From: a virus
Lineage: Duplodnaviria; Caudoviricetes
Length of the DNA: 24,613 bases
Direction: 5' to 3' (one strand)
IMG/VR virus record: IMGVR_UViG_3300012940_000102
Location: 1-24,613 of that record
The translations under genes and the position numbers were made by a program. Below, piece after piece: positions 8,369-15,825 of this stretch (position 1 is the first letter of the stretch; every line of letters begins with the position of its first letter). The notes beneath the pieces were generated by a model that saw only the letters and a list, made by a program, of their open reading frames with translations, ran no database searches and was not told the origin of the DNA.

Positions 8369-9339
8369 TGCCCCTGTCGATGATGATAACCGACGCAGGC
8401 CTCGCCGCGATCGTGGATGCCGAGAACGGGGAAACCGAGGAAATCGCGATCACGCAGATAGGATTAAGCTCTGTTCCATTTTTGATGGCACCGACGCTGA
8501 CGGCATTACCTGGTGAATTCCGCCGTCTCGATACGGTGTCGGGGCAAGCTGTGGCTGAAAATATCATTCACGTCACAGCCTATGACGCCGAGCCGATTAC
8601 ATATGATGTGACCGGCTTCGGCCTCTATTCCGACGACGATGTCCTGATTGCTGTTTACAGCGCCGATGCCGACCCGATCCTGACGAAGGCCGCGCTCGCC
8701 ACCAGTCTCTTCGCGATCGACATTGCGTTCGCAGGCGACATCGCCGCGGTGATCGAGTTCGGTGACGCATTGTTCCTCAATCCGCCCGCAACCGAAACAG
8801 TCGCAGGCGTCGTGAAGCTATCGACCGGAGATCTGGCCGACGAAGGCGACGACACCACAACCGCCATGACGCCGGCAATGGTTCAGCGCATGATCGACAA
8901 TGCGCTGCGAAACAAGATCATGATCTGGTCGGGAGCGATCGTCGACATCCCCGAGGGTTGGCTGCTGTGCGACGGAACAAATGGAACGCCGGATCTGACT
9001 GGTTGCTTCGTCATGGGCGCGGGCGACGCCTATGATCCGGGCGACACCGGCGGCGCCGCGACCCATGATCACGAGGGAGAAACCGGCGGTCATGCGCTGA
9101 CCATCGCCGAAATGCCTGCGCACGATCACGCCAACGGTGTTGGCGATCAGATCTCCACTTCATTCGTCTACGGGTCCGTCGCGGGCGCCAGTGTCAGCAA
9201 CATGAACAACGATAGCGATCCGGGCACGGTGCAAGGCCTCACCGGCTCGCGGGGCGGCGGCACCGCGCACCAACATTCAATCACCGCGGCCAACCACCTT
9301 CCTCCCTATTTCGCCCTCGCATTCATCATGAAAGCCTGA
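8368..9339 (+). CDS. gpH: Short tail fibre, gpH-like (baseplate anchor, collar domain, HxH tip)
   Basis: N-terminal ITDAGLAA, ATETVAGVVKLST repeat unit, collar-like IMIWSGAIVDIPEGWLLCDGTNGTPDL, HDH/HDH/HQH motifs and C-terminal PPYFALAFIMK. TGATG coupling at 8368. Confidence 0.85.
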   Translation: MPLSMMITDAGLAAIVDAENGETEEIAITQIGLSSVPFLMAPTLTALPGEFRRLDTVSGQAVAENIIHVTAYDAEPITYDVTGFGLYSDDDVLIAVYSADADPILTKAALATSLFAIDIAFAGDIAAVIEFGDALFLNPPATETVAGVVKLSTGDLADEGDDTTTAMTPAMVQRMIDNALRNKIMIWSGAIVDIPEGWLLCDGTNGTPDLTGCFVMGAGDAYDPGDTGGAATHDHEGETGGHALTIAEMPAHDHANGVGDQISTSFVYGSVAGASVSNMNNDSDPGTVQGLTGSRGGGTAHQHSITAANHLPPYFALAFIMKA

Positions 9340-9342
9340 TCG

Positions 9343-11319
9343 ATGGTCAAAATAACCCAACTGCCAAACGCCAATCCTCTCGACGGGAGCGAGGCCGTCC
9401 CCATCGTACAGGATGGTAAGACGCGCCAGATCAACCCCGCGGACCATCTGGCCTACATCTCCCGGGGTGCCGAAGAGGCGCGCGATATCGCCCAAGCAGC
9501 TGTCGGCGTCGACTACGCTGACGAGGCCGCGGCGTTGGCGGGTTCGGCCGAGGGCGACCGCTTCACCTATTGGGACGGCGACGAGATCGTCTACGCCAAG
9601 AAGGAAGAGGGAGCCGTCGTTCCGATCACGGCTCCCTGGTTCAGCGCTGACAAAGTGGGGGCGGTGAATGAAGGCAATGTCCAGACCGCGCTTCACAACC
9701 GGCGCAAGTCGATCAATGTCGCCAGCTATGCCTACAGTCGCGACGGCCTTATCGCGGCGATCGACGATGCGCCTGCGGACGGTGCGACGATCTGGATGCC
9801 GAAAGGTGATTATGTCATCCCGAGCCTGTTTTCCTTCTCAAAGAGCAACCTGACCTTCGAAGGTGAGCCTGGCACCCGGTTTATAGTCGATGGGGCGGCG
9901 GTGGTGCTTCTTCGCCCGCTGGGCACGGCGATGAATCCCCTGTCCAATATCACCATTCGGGGCATTGAATTCTTCGATCCCGATCCAGAGGCCCACGCCG
10001 CTGGCGCGGACGAAAGTCACGGTATCGGCGCGGTCTATGTCAACGGGCTGCTGATCGAGGACTGTGTGTTCACCAACATCGGCGACGAATCCGTCGAGAT
10101 CAATCGTTGTTCGCAAGCGACCGCTCGCAACCTCCGCTTTAACGGCGCTGCGGCAGCCTCGTCAGGCGGCGGCGGCGTGACCATATCCAGCTCGCACGGC
10201 GTGGATGTCGATGGGTGCTGGTTTTTCGATACGATCCTCGGTCAAGGTGTGCGCGTGGAGATTGCCGAAGCGGGGCTGGACGCAAAAGACATCCGAATCC
10301 GGGGCAACTGGTTCAGGGGCCAGCAGGCATTGCAGGCGATCAGCGTGGCGCCGGGGCTCGCGAACGTCCTCGGTCTCTCCATAATTGGCAACCAGTTCGA
10401 CCAATGTGCGACCGAAGCCATCTCGATGACTCCTTCGGGCGGGCGCTATGTTCGGGGCGTCTCGATCATGGGCAATATCGTGCGCGGTGGTGGCGACCTT
10501 TCCGCAACCGGCGCCGGTGCCGTCCGCGCGGCCATTTATGCCAACAGTGATCGCGTCCAGCGGGTCACGATCACGGGCAATGAGGTTTACGATTGGGGTG
10601 CAGCCGGTGCCGATAGCGCGGGCCACCACGGCATCGCCGCGTGGAATGCCGTTATTTCCGGGAACCATCTCGAATCCTGTTTCGACAGCGGCGTCGTCGG
10701 GCAGGGATCGAGCCTGATCACTGGCAACCGTTCGGTGGGCAATGGCCTGGCCGCGACGGGCGGCGGCCGTGCTGGCGTCCAGTATGGCAATGGAGCGATC
10801 GTACGGAACAACCTGATCGAGGGGAACTATCGCGGCGTCCATACTCGTTCGGCCGTCACGGGCGGCGTGATCGAGGACAACACGGTGACTGGCAACACGA
10901 TCGGCATCGCGTTGAACGGCGCGAACTATTCGAGTCGAAACCGCATCAGTGGCAATACGACCGGTATTTCAATGAGCGGGACTGGCGCGTCGACCATCGA
11001 CGATATCCTCGTCAACAACACAACGAACATCACTGACAGCGGGATGGGGAGCATCAAGCGCGGGCGCGCGCCTTCTGAGTTTGTCACCAAGAACAATGGC
11101 ACTGCGACGGTGCCTTCGGGCGAGACCTATGTGCTCGTTTCGCACGGCCTCTCCAACCAGACCCCGGGCGCGAAAGACATCAGCGTGACCCCGACGAACA
11201 ACCTGGGGAATGCGTCGCAATTCTGGGTCAGCAACATCACGTCGACGGGATTCCGCATCAACGTCGATGTCGATCCGGGGGGCGATGCGACCTTTGCTTG
11301 GCAGGCGGAAATCCAGTGA
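9343..11319 (+). CDS. Tailspike/putative polysaccharide depolymerase with right-handed parallel beta-helix
   Basis: TIWMPKGDYVI helix-cap motif, NITIRGIEF and many I.GN.F/I..N repeats. N-terminal KITQLP anchor-like motif and a C-terminal beta-sandwich. Confidence 0.85.
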   Translation: MVKITQLPNANPLDGSEAVPIVQDGKTRQINPADHLAYISRGAEEARDIAQAAVGVDYADEAAALAGSAEGDRFTYWDGDEIVYAKKEEGAVVPITAPWFSADKVGAVNEGNVQTALHNRRKSINVASYAYSRDGLIAAIDDAPADGATIWMPKGDYVIPSLFSFSKSNLTFEGEPGTRFIVDGAAVVLLRPLGTAMNPLSNITIRGIEFFDPDPEAHAAGADESHGIGAVYVNGLLIEDCVFTNIGDESVEINRCSQATARNLRFNGAAAASSGGGGVTISSSHGVDVDGCWFFDTILGQGVRVEIAEAGLDAKDIRIRGNWFRGQQALQAISVAPGLANVLGLSIIGNQFDQCATEAISMTPSGGRYVRGVSIMGNIVRGGGDLSATGAGAVRAAIYANSDRVQRVTITGNEVYDWGAAGADSAGHHGIAAWNAVISGNHLESCFDSGVVGQGSSLITGNRSVGNGLAATGGGRAGVQYGNGAIVRNNLIEGNYRGVHTRSAVTGGVIEDNTVTGNTIGIALNGANYSSRNRISGNTTGISMSGTGASTIDDILVNNTTNITDSGMGSIKRGRAPSEFVTKNNGTATVPSGETYVLVSHGLSNQTPGAKDISVTPTNNLGNASQFWVSNITSTGFRINVDVDPGGDATFAWQAEIQ

Positions 11320-11327
11320 TGGGCGGG

Positions 11328-11621
11328 TCAGTGGATGATGAACGTCGTAGGCGGGTCTTTCCGGCGAAGGATGGCCGTAATTCCGTTCACCAGCTTGTCC
11401 ACATATTGCGAACCCCAGTCGTGATGCAGTTGGCGAAGCGTCTCAAGTCCGTGCTCAAGATTGCCGGTCAGCCGAAACCCTACTCCATCGAAATCGCATC
11501 CGACCAGCGCGGTCGGCCCGCCTCCGTAATCGAGGGTAACGTCTTTAAAGGTGCAGGCTTCAAAGGTGTTGCCGTCAAGGGCGACGGTGCAGCCCCGAAA
11601 TGTCTCTCCGTTGTAATTCAT
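11328..11621 (-). CDS. Hypothetical protein with short beta-solenoid-like repeats (moron)
   Basis: Start at ATG 11621 with GGAGG upstream. Repeats F.GC.V.LDGNTF..CTF.DV.LDYGGG...GCDFDGV. Confidence 0.65.
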   Translation of the reverse strand: MNYNGETFRGCTVALDGNTFEACTFKDVTLDYGGGPTALVGCDFDGVGFRLTGNLEHGLETLRQLHHDWGSQYVDKLVNGITAILRRKDPPTTFIIH

Positions 11622-11676
11622 GGCAATCGGATCCTCCCCCAGCGCCAAAGCGTGACGCGTCGGCTCTGGGGTAGGT

Positions 11677-11865
11677 TCACCAAGCTGCGAGAGTCAATCC
11701 GGTGACCGCACTGCCTGCAAACCAGATGCCGGCGATCACCAGCCAAGAGGCCAGCCCTAGCAATATGCCACTGGCGATGCCGCGCGCCGCATCGAGAGGG
11801 TCCTCGTTTGGATCGAAGAAGCAGATCGGCTCGGGGCGTTTGCGTCCAACGGTCTCGACCAGCAT
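11677..11865 (-). CDS. Small single-pass membrane protein (moron)
   Basis: AAGGA RBS, 62 aa, hydrophobic segment GIASGILLGLASWLVIAGIWFAG. Confidence 0.6.
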   Translation of the reverse strand: MLVETVGRKRPEPICFFDPNEDPLDAARGIASGILLGLASWLVIAGIWFAGSAVTGLTLAAW

Positions 11866-11984
11866 GGCGCAGTTCCTTTCTGGCTTGATCCCGTAACTAC
11901 TCCGGATGTGTGACCATAAAATGACAGTCTAATGGAGATCCAGCACTCTGAATAATGCTTAATCGCTTGCCCGCGGCTAATAAA

Positions 11985-12248
11985 TTATTCGGAAGATCTC
12001 GCCTTGACCAAATTTAAGGCGCCGCAATGACAGTTAAGGAGGACCTGCCTCTCAACTTTTCCGAGAAGATCTGAGATAAAATCCCAGGTCGATAGATTTC
12101 GCCCGAAGACGTATTTGCAGGCCCCGCATGCCAAGTGTTCTTCCGGGTTCGAGCCTCGGAAGACGGTTCCGTCTTCGATTTGAAGCCTTATTGCATTCGC
12201 CTCGGCCTCTGCCTCTGTTATAATTGGAAAGTAGATCTTTGCAGACAT
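11985..12248 (-). CDS. Small putative Zn-ribbon protein (CxxC...CxC) (moron)
   Basis: Start at ATG 12248 after a GGAGAGG RBS. Motifs LACGACKY and LNCHCGALN. Codon usage is AT-richer than the structural genes. Confidence 0.7.
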   Translation of the reverse strand: MSAKIYFPIITEAEAEANAIRLQIEDGTVFRGSNPEEHLACGACKYVFGRNLSTWDFISDLLGKVERQVLLNCHCGALNLVKARSSE

Positions 12249-12502
12249 GGTGCCTCTCCCCTCTCTCAAACTGTAGCATGAGGCGTCGGTGAGTCGAGGG
12301 CAGACATACTGGCAATCCATGACTGCGCATCCCCGATGCGGGGAGATTCTCCCGTTTTGAGGGAATGCTTATAGGCCGCTTTGGCGCTTCTCAGATGCGG
12401 CGACATGGAAGGGGAGGGCGACAATAGGTCCTGTCACATACTCAGCGGCCTTTTGTCGCGCTTCGCTGAGAACAGTTGGCCCCTCCACTTGCTAACTAGG
12501 CG

Positions 12503-12567
12503 TTGTAAACCCGCGCCTCACAAAGCCGCGCGCTGGAATTTCCCTCACGTTGGCCCTTGGTGGCGGC
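12503..12567 (+). promoter_or_regulatory. Putative activator-dependent late promoter upstream of gpV (TGT-N13-ACA)
   Basis: TTGTAAACCCGCGCCTCACA-AAGCCGCGCGCTGG...CGTTGG matches the element at 6740. Confidence 0.65.
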
Positions 12568-13134
12568 ATGGCCGCCGCACCCGAAGACATGCCCCTCGAT
12601 CCCGCCGCGCTGCTGCGCGTCGGCACGGTCGCGAGCGTCGATCTGGCGACCGCGACCTGCACCGTGCTTTGCGGCGATCCCGAGGGCGAGGAAGTTGAAA
12701 CGCCGCCGCTGCGCTGGCTGATGCCGCGCTCGGGCGCGACGCGCGTCTGGTCGCCGCCCAGCGAGGGCGAGCAGGGCCTCGTCTTCGCGCCCGAGGGCGA
12801 TATCGCCGGCGCCATCTTCATCCCCGGCATCACGCGCGACGCCTTCCCGCCCGCCGGCGCGACTGCCGAAGAGGTCATCCTGTTCGCTGATGGCGCCCGC
12901 ATCGCCTATGATCCCGAAGGCCATGTCCTGACGGCCGAGCTGCCCGGCGGCGCCACTGCGAACATCACGGCCGTTCAGGTCAACATTACGGGCAATGTCG
13001 CGATCGATGGCGACCTCGCCTGCACGGGCACGGTTACTGCCGAAACAGACGTCGTCGGCGGCGGCAAGAGCCTGAAGGACCACAAACACACCGGCGTCAG
13101 CGCCGGCGGCGCCGTGTCGGGGCCGCCGCAATGA
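12568..13134 (+). CDS. gpV: Baseplate spike protein, P2 gpV family
   Basis: LLRVGTVASVD, WLMPRSG.TR.WSPPS.GEQ, FADGA.IAYD and C-terminal SLKDHKH iron-binding HxH. The exact start (12568 or 12589) is uncertain. Confidence 0.95.
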   Translation: MAAAPEDMPLDPAALLRVGTVASVDLATATCTVLCGDPEGEEVETPPLRWLMPRSGATRVWSPPSEGEQGLVFAPEGDIAGAIFIPGITRDAFPPAGATAEEVILFADGARIAYDPEGHVLTAELPGGATANITAVQVNITGNVAIDGDLACTGTVTAETDVVGGGKSLKDHKHTGVSAGGAVSGPPQ

Positions 13135-13505
13135 TCGGCGTGGACAGCGCCAGCGGCCGCCGGCTCGAAGGCAACGCCCATCTGGGGCAGTCGATCGCCG
13201 ACATCCTGTCGACGCCGATCGGCAGCCGCGTCATGCGCCGCGACTATGGATCGATGCTGCCCGATCTGATCGACCAGCCCACCAACAGTATCACCCGCCA
13301 GCTGCTGTTCGCGGCGACGGCCGTCGCGATCGCGCGCTGGGAACCGCGCCTGTCGCTCAAAAAAGTCGGCGTCTCGACCGACAACCGCGACGGCCAGGTC
13401 ATTATCGATATCAGCGGCGAACGCCGCGACCTGCCCGCCCCCAACGATCACGTCCTGCTTTCCATCCCGATTCGGCGGGGCGGCGTCGCCGTCTCCGCAG
13501 CCTGA
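13131..13505 (+). CDS. gpW: Baseplate assembly protein, P2 gpW/gp25 family
   Basis: HLGQSIADILSTPIGSRVMRRDYGS.LPDLIDQP and AIARWEPRL. Confidence 0.96.
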   Translation: MIGVDSASGRRLEGNAHLGQSIADILSTPIGSRVMRRDYGSMLPDLIDQPTNSITRQLLFAATAVAIARWEPRLSLKKVGVSTDNRDGQVIIDISGERRDLPAPNDHVLLSIPIRRGGVAVSAA

Positions 13506-13520
13506 CCAAAGGAGTCCGCC

Positions 13521-14684
13521 ATGCACGGCATCAAGACGAACCTGCTGACCACCGGAACCCGCGCTCTCGCCCCTGTCGCGACCGCGATCATCGGCATGGT
13601 CGCAACCGCTTCGGCCGCCGCCGGCCCAGCCGCCGAGGCGCTTGACGCGGCCTTCCCGCTCAACAAGCCCGTCCTAGTCGCCGACATTCGCGCCGCGATC
13701 GGCCAGGCCGGCACCGGCGGCACGTTGAAGCCCGCCCTGGAAGCGATCGCCGACCAGGCGAGCCCCGTCCTGGTCATCGTCCGCGTCGAAGAGGGCGAGA
13801 GCGATGAAGAGACCGAGGCCAAAATCATCGGCACGGTGGGCGACGACGGCATCGCCACCGGCATGCAGGCGCTGCTCGATGCCGAGGCGCAGGTCGGCTT
13901 CCGCCCGCGCATCCTGGGCGTCCCCGGGCTCGACACGCAGGACGTGACAGCCGCCCTCGCCATCATCGCGCGCAAGCTGCGCGGCTTCGCCTATGCCGCG
14001 ATCCCCGAAGAGGTCATCGCCGACGCGGTCACCTATCGCGCAGATTTTTCCGCGCGCGAGCTGATGCTGCTCTGGCCGAACTTCTCCAGCGACTTCGACG
14101 GTGACGCCGTCGCCCGCGCGCTGGGCCTGCGCGCCCGCATCGACGAAGAGCAGGGCTGGCACAAGACGCTGTCCAACGTCGCGGTCGACGGCGTCACCGG
14201 CATCAGCAAATCGGTCTATTTCGACCTGCAGGACGATACGACGCCGGCGGGCGTGCTGAATGCCGCCCAGATCACGACGATCGTGCGCAGCACCGGATTC
14301 CGCTTCTGGGGCAACCGCACCACTGCCGACCCCGAAAGCGAGCCGCAGTGGGCATTTGAAAGCGCCGTCCGCACCAGCCAGGTGCTGCAGGACACGATCG
14401 CCGAAGGGCTCGCCTGGGCGCTCGACAAGCCGATGACGGTCAGCCTGATCCGCGACATCCTCGAAACGATCAATGCCGAATTCCGCCGCCTGAAGGCCGA
14501 AGGGCGCATTATCGACGGCCGCGCATGGTTCGACCCCGCGCTCAACCAGGAAAGCGACCTGGCCGCCGGCAAGCTGGTCATCGACTATGACTTCACGCCC
14601 GCCGCCCCTGCCGAGAACATCGTCCTCAACCAGCGGATCACCGACAAATATTACGCCGGTTTCGCCGACCAGCTGAACGGCTGA
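13521..14684 (+). CDS. gpFI: Tail sheath protein, P2 FI family
   Basis: TAIIGMVATA, FPLNKPVL, TGMQALL.AE..G..PRILGVPGLD, GWHKTLSNV and GFRFWGNRT. AAGGAG RBS. Confidence 0.97.
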   Translation: MHGIKTNLLTTGTRALAPVATAIIGMVATASAAAGPAAEALDAAFPLNKPVLVADIRAAIGQAGTGGTLKPALEAIADQASPVLVIVRVEEGESDEETEAKIIGTVGDDGIATGMQALLDAEAQVGFRPRILGVPGLDTQDVTAALAIIARKLRGFAYAAIPEEVIADAVTYRADFSARELMLLWPNFSSDFDGDAVARALGLRARIDEEQGWHKTLSNVAVDGVTGISKSVYFDLQDDTTPAGVLNAAQITTIVRSTGFRFWGNRTTADPESEPQWAFESAVRTSQVLQDTIAEGLAWALDKPMTVSLIRDILETINAEFRRLKAEGRIIDGRAWFDPALNQESDLAAGKLVIDYDFTPAAPAENIVLNQRITDKYYAGFADQLNG

Positions 14685-14718
14685 CCCGCCGCGCCCCTCT
14701 AGCAGAAAGGATACGGCC

Positions 14719-15228
14719 ATGGGCCTGCCGAGCAAACTCAAGAACTTCAACCTCTTCAACGACGGCAACAACTACATCGGCGTGATCGGGGAATTCACCC
14801 AGCCGAAGATCGCGCACGCGATGGAGGAATGGCGCGGCGGCGGCATGCTGGGGCCTGTGAAGGTCGACAACGGCCTGCAGCTGATGGAGGCCGAATTCAC
14901 CAACGGCGGCCTCGTGCGCCAGTGCTTCCGTCAGATGGGCGATCCGCGCGTCGACGGCGTCCTGCTGCGCCTGGTCGGCGCCTATCGCGCCGATGACGGC
15001 AGCGGGGTCGACGCGGTCGAGATCGTCATGCGCGGCCGCATCGAAGAGCTCGACATGGGCAATGCGAAGGCGGGCGAGGACACAGAGCACAAGGTCAAGA
15101 TGCCGCTGGCCTACTACAAGATCGCGATCAACGACCGCGTCGAGATCGAAATCGACATGCTCAACGCCGTTTACATCGTCGACGGCGTCGATCGCTACGC
15201 GGAGATCCGCGCCGCACTCGGCCTCTAG
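14719..15228 (+). CDS. gpFII: Tail tube protein, P2 FII family
   Basis: MGLPSKLKNFNLFNDG..Y.G, EEWRGGGM.GPV.VD.GL, EIVMRGR and YYK...EID..N....VDGVD. Confidence 0.97.
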   Translation: MGLPSKLKNFNLFNDGNNYIGVIGEFTQPKIAHAMEEWRGGGMLGPVKVDNGLQLMEAEFTNGGLVRQCFRQMGDPRVDGVLLRLVGAYRADDGSGVDAVEIVMRGRIEELDMGNAKAGEDTEHKVKMPLAYYKIAINDRVEIEIDMLNAVYIVDGVDRYAEIRAALGL

Positions 15229-15240
15229 GCTTCCACGGAA

Positions 15241-15312
15241 ATTCGGTCCGGCCTGAAGAGCGGGGTTGGCCGGAATCGAATAGGGGCGGCGTCTCTTGCG
15301 CGGCGCCGCCCC
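15241..15312 (+). other. Tandem stem-loops between tail tube and chaperone genes
   Basis: ATTCGGTCCGGCC pairs with GGCCGGAATCGAAT (15241-15281, one bulge). GGGGCGGCG pairs with CGCCGCCCC (15283-15312). Confidence 0.55.
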
Positions 15313-15346
15313 GTCCCCATCACCCCGCAACTAAAGGACCCCGCCC

Positions 15347-15697
15347 ATGACCGACAAAGCGCCCGAGGCCGTTCAGGACGGCAAGAAATTCAAGGAAATC
15401 ACGCTCGATCAGCCCATCAAGCGCGGTGATAGCGAGATCGCCGCCATCACCCTGCGCAAGCCGACCGCCGGCGAACTTCGCGGGCTGACGCTCGAGGACC
15501 TGCTGAAGACCGACGTCGCCACGATCCTGACGCTGATCCCGCGCATCAGTTCCCCGACGCTGATTCAGGAGGAAGTTGACGCCATGGACCCCGCCGACCT
15601 GACCGAATGCGGGGGCGCGATCCGCGGTTTTTTTATGACGAAGGCACAGCAGGCGATCATGGACAGGATGATCGCCGAACAACTGTCGACGAGCTGA
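15347..15697 (+). CDS. gpE: Tail assembly chaperone, P2 gpE family
   Basis: ITLDQPIKRGD.EI..ITLRKPTAGELRGL.L..L and LIPRISSPTL...MDPADL. AAGGA RBS. Confidence 0.94.
   Translation: MTDKAPEAVQDGKKFKEITLDQPIKRGDSEIAAITLRKPTAGELRGLTLEDLLKTDVATILTLIPRISSPTLIQEEVDAMDPADLTECGGAIRGFFMTKAQQAIMDRMIAEQLSTS
15628..15634 (+). other. Programmed -1 ribosomal frameshift site (T TTT TTT) producing gpE+E'
   Basis: GGT TTT TTT ATG in the gpE frame. The -1 frame is open to 15825 and encodes the gpE' motif MADLA...HWP.SE. Confidence 0.85.
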
Positions 15698-15825
15698 TGG
15701 CCGACCTCGCTATCATCAATCACTGGCCCCTGTCGGAGATGATGGCGATGGACATCCTCGAGCTGCTCGACTGGCGCCGCCGCGCCGTCGAGCGGTGGAA
15801 GCGCATGTATGAGGGCGGCAAATGA
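15628..15825 (+). CDS. gpE': gpE' frameshift extension of the tail chaperone
   Basis: VDELMADLAIINHWPLSEMMAMDILELLDWRRRAVER is typical of the P2 GpE' family. Stop overlaps the tape measure start. Confidence 0.88.
   Translation, partial: FFYDEGTAGDHGQDDRRTTVDELMADLAIINHWPLSEMMAMDILELLDWRRRAVERWKRMYEGGK

Noticed and set aside
11298-11705. 135-aa + strand ORF after the tailspike as a possible fibre chaperone
   Set aside because: No gpG/Tfa features, and it overlaps a minus-strand ORF with a better RBS and more protein-like sequence.
8368-12500. Invertible tail-fibre cassette or diversity-generating retroelement
   Set aside because: No invertase, reverse transcriptase, flanking inverted repeats or duplicated template/variable repeat was seen.
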